This document shows positions 60,952 to 64,000 of a DNA stretch of 64,000 bases, one piece after another. How positions within the stretch are numbered: the stretch's first letter is position 1; each line of letters opens with the position of its first letter. The notes below the pieces were generated by a model. That model was not told the DNA's origin and did no database searches. It saw only the letters and a program-made list of their open reading frames with translations. The DNA comes from Parvularia atlantis. Its lineage: Eukaryota. The position numbers and the translations under genes are program-made. The stretch is from contig CALSCO010000113.1 of NCBI GenBank assembly GCA_943704415.1, positions 1 through 64,000 of the forward strand, given 5' to 3'.

Positions 60952-63191
60952 CTACTTTGTCGGCGTGCGCTCGGGCAGCTGCAGCGGCTGCACCTCAAAG
61001 GTGCGGCGCTTGACCGGCGACGACTTGAGCGCGCTGGGCTCGAGCTCGCGCTTGACGCTGCGGCGGCTCGTCCGGCGCGGCGGCCGGCGTGGCCGCGGCG
61101 ACTCGTCCATCGGCTCGGGCGTAAGCGGCACGCTCAGCGGCAGCGGCGCCACGTACAGGTCGATCGTGGGCGGCGGCGTGAGTGCGTCCTGTCGGGCGAC
61201 GAGCATCAGCCAACAGCATGAGCGCGAGGTGCACGCGACGCACCCCTGCGGCCTCGGCGCTCGTGCTGCGCAGTGGCGTCACGCTCAGCACTGCGGGCGA
61301 CTTGAGCGCCTCGCCCGGCGTGGTCGGCAGGAAGCCGGACGCGTGCAGGTTGTGCCGCTCCTCCTCGGCCGACACAACGATGGCCGCGAGCGCGGCGTCC
61401 GAGATGTCGGCGACCGGCTGCGCCGGCTCGGTCTCCATCGCCTGCTGCTCCGCCGTGCCGAGGACCGGCGCTGCTTCTGCTTGTTCACTGGCGAGCGACT
61501 GCGGCGCTCGGTAAGCGAGGCAACGTGGTGCACGCGCGGCGGGAGGCGTGCCTTCATGTACGCCTGCTCGCGCTCGAGCTCCGCCGGCGGGTAGCACTCC
61601 TTCACGTTGGGCGTGCGCGGCCCGGACTGGCTCTTGATCTTCTCAAAGACCTCGTCGAGGCCGGCGTAGTGGCCCTCGGCGCGCGTCTTCTGCATGTGCA
61701 CCTTGGAGACCGCGTGCTTGGGGCCGTGTCAGCACAGACCCCTAGCACGCGGTGGCCTGCACCTTGTTGATGTCGTTGAAGGTTGCGCAGCAGTGCTCGC
61801 AGTAACCCGAGACCGGCCCGAGACGGCGGCACACGCGCACCTGCTCCTCGTGGTCCATCGACATGAACCGCATGCGGCTGCTCTCGAACGCCTGCCGCTT
61901 CCGCTCCCTGTCGCGTGAGGCTCAGCAGTTGTCCCGGCCGCGCGTGGCGCCGACTACACGCACTGATGGTCGGCCTTCTGCTTGCCGTGCTCCTCGTAGT
62001 ACTGGTCCGACAGGAACAGGCACCCGCTCGGCGGCGCGTTGAAGTTGAGCTCCGGCAGCGTGCGGTGACCGTGCTTGTCCGGCAGAAACTCCTGCTCGCG
62101 CGCGGTTGGCACGGCGGTCCCGCGTCAGCAGGGGGCAGGACGTGCCTTGTAGCACGGCCGGTAGATGCCCTCTGTGTCGTAGAACATGATGAACGGGTGC
62201 ATGAAGTACTTGTCGTCGTCGGCGACCTTCGCGGCCTGCGGCGCATGCGCAGCACGTATCAGTCGTGCCGTGCGCAGGGCCGGGTCGTCGTGCGCACGCC
62301 TTGTTGGTGCTCAGGCCGTACGCGCGCTCGTACTGGATCGACTGCTGCAGATCCATGTCGGCCTTGCCGCTGCCGAGGCTGACCTTGCCCGTCTTTTTCA
62401 TGTAGTGCAGCAGCGCTGCGGCGCCGTGCGCGCTCAGCCCCGACTCGGCCCCCGCAGGCGCGCGGCCGACGCACTGTGCACGTTCCATATCTTGATGTTG
62501 AACGTGCGCGCGCGCTGCAGAAAGTCGTCGACGGCGGGCTGGTCGATGGCGCGGCGCGCGGGGAAGAGCGTGTGCGGGCTGCGTTATTCCCCCCCATGTG
62601 AGCGCCACGCCCGACCGGCTCGCGCACAACCAGCCGCACCTCGACGTTGCAACGGCCGGCTGCGAGCTGAGCGGCTCGGGCGCGTTCGGCAGCGGGCTGG
62701 GCACAGGCTGCCGTTACGCGCGCTCGCAGTTAACGGGCGCACGCGACACACGGCACGTCGGTCAGCGCACCCGCGGTGGGTCGTACGGCTCGGTGCGCTG
62801 CTGCAGCTCGTGCAGGCTGTTGCTGATGATGAGCGTGACGCTCTTGGTCAGGAAGCCCTCGATCGTCTGTTGTTCACGTCAGAACGGAGGGGGATCCTGT
62901 CCGCACGACGCGAGCGGAGCGCACCGCGCCCAGCTTCTCGAGCGGCTCGCGCAGCTGCTTGGTCACCTCGCTCGCGTCCGTGTGGAAGTAGATGGCGGCC
63001 TTGCGGAACAGCTGGCGCGCGGCCTCGCGCTCGGCCTCCTTGTCGCGCGCGGCAGGCGGCGCGGGCGTCTTGGGTGAGCGCGCGGCGGCGGCCGTCGGTG
63101 TGCCCGGCGCCAGCTGCGGCGGCGGCTGCGGCACCGCGCCCAGCGCGCGCAGCGGCGACCGACCCTCGGGCGGCCGCGGGGTGGCGCTCAT
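60952..63191 (-). CDS. DBF4: Dbf4 (Cdc7/DDK regulatory subunit)
   Basis: N motif FRKAAIYF...LEKLGA|TIEGFLTKSVTLIIS. M motif YFMHPFIMFYDTEGIYRPCYK|EF. C motif GYCEHCCATFNDINK|HAVSKVH...YAGLD. Confidence 0.88.
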
Positions 63192-63303
63192 CCGAGGCTG
63201 GCCGTTTACGAGATTCGAATTTTGGCGCGCACGCCGGCTCCGAGTTGGACGTGGATCAACTTGCACCGCACTGCGCCAGCAACACTGCTCTTGCACACAG
63301 CGT

Positions 63304-64000
63304 TCATTTCTTCTTGAGCAGCCGCACGAGGCCCCAGATCGCCAGCCCGAGCAGCACCGCGCCGACGATGGAGCAGATGACAATGACCTGCCCCGGCCAG
63401 CGGGCGGGCGGCTCAGCGTCGTCAGACACGCGCACGCTGCGGCCGGGGAGACGCACCGCGATCTGCCACGGCAGCAGCGAAAAGTCGCACGTGGTGAAGC
63501 GGTTCAGCGGCGTCACGCAGAGCATGTTGGGCGGCGCCTGGTTGGTCGCGTTGAGCCAGTCGTACGCGTAGATCGTGAACCTGCACGACGCCGAGGCGTT
63601 CGAGCGGCGCATGCCCACGGTGAAGTCGACGTCGGTCGGGCTCGCGGCCGAGCCGACGTACTGGAACGACAGGTCGAAGCGAGTGTACGCTTGCCCGTCG
63701 GACGCGAGCGAGTAGCTGGCGTGCGCGCCGTTCAGCTCACGCTCTCGACAGCGTCCCGCACGCACCTCGACGTCGTCGGGCAGCGCGTGTTGCTGTTGAA
63801 GTACAGGTCGAAGCCGGGCCCGTCCAGCACGGTCATGTTGAGGATGCCAATGTAGTTGTCGGCCGGGCGCCTGCGCGCGCGTGCTGTCAGCAAGCCAGCA
63901 GCAAGCGGACGCACACACGCGAGAGCACGACGCACCGGTACTTGCCCTGGAAGTACACGATCTCGCCGACCTCGGGGCAGACCGCCGAGCCGTCGAACGG
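63304..64000 (-). CDS. Single-pass membrane glycoprotein of unknown family (5' part outside the window)
   Basis: Beta-rich, Cys-containing ectodomain with NxS/T sequons, a C-terminal TM segment VIVICSIVGAVLLGLAIWGLV, then RLLKKK stop. Confidence 0.7.
   Translation of the reverse strand, partial: RSTARRSAPRSARSCTSRASTGASCSRVCASACCWLADSTRAQAPGRQLHWHPQHDRAGRARLRPVLQQQHALPDDVEVRAGRCRERELNGAHASYSLASDGQAYTRFDLSFQYVGSAASPTDVDFTVGMRRSNASASCRFTIYAYDWLNATNQAPPNMLCVTPLNRFTTCDFSLLPWQIAVRLPGRSVRVSDDAEPPARWPGQVIVICSIVGAVLLGLAIWGLVRLLKKK

Overview
This is 64 kb of a very GC-rich, gene-dense, intron-rich unicellular eukaryote. The gene content suggests Amorphea, possibly an opisthokont-related protist, but the taxon cannot be determined from this window. 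I spliced about 32 protein genes by hand. Introns are short (about 40-90 nt), mostly with GTGCG donors, recurrent GC donors and CTGAC/CTCAC branch sites. Intergenic gaps are often under 60 bp. Recognisable genes include MRPS6, a fatty-acid elongase, an SH3-RhoGEF, ASADH, a CTDSPL2-like phosphatase, GCP2, SDHD plus SDHAF4, DONSON, PIG-P, Unkempt, DP, Iwr1, KAR, Rab6, MIP, INO1, ABHD11, an AGGF1-like gene, an MFS transporter, cyclin L and Dbf4. The most notable items are: (1) a decayed mobile island at about 54.0-57.0 kb, in which an IS607-type TnpA remnant and Fanzor2/TnpB nuclease abut a RAG1/Transib-like transposase remnant that is tail-to-tail with a C2H2 ORF; (2) an apparent Atg4-GRAM-RUN fusion; (3) a nuclear-encoded TatA/TatB-like protein; (4) a bHLH-WW fusion; (5) a head-to-head SDHD/SDHAF4 pair; (6) a bacterial-type DUF2332 gene. 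All family calls come from motif recognition by eye. No database searches were run, and exon boundaries are approximate.
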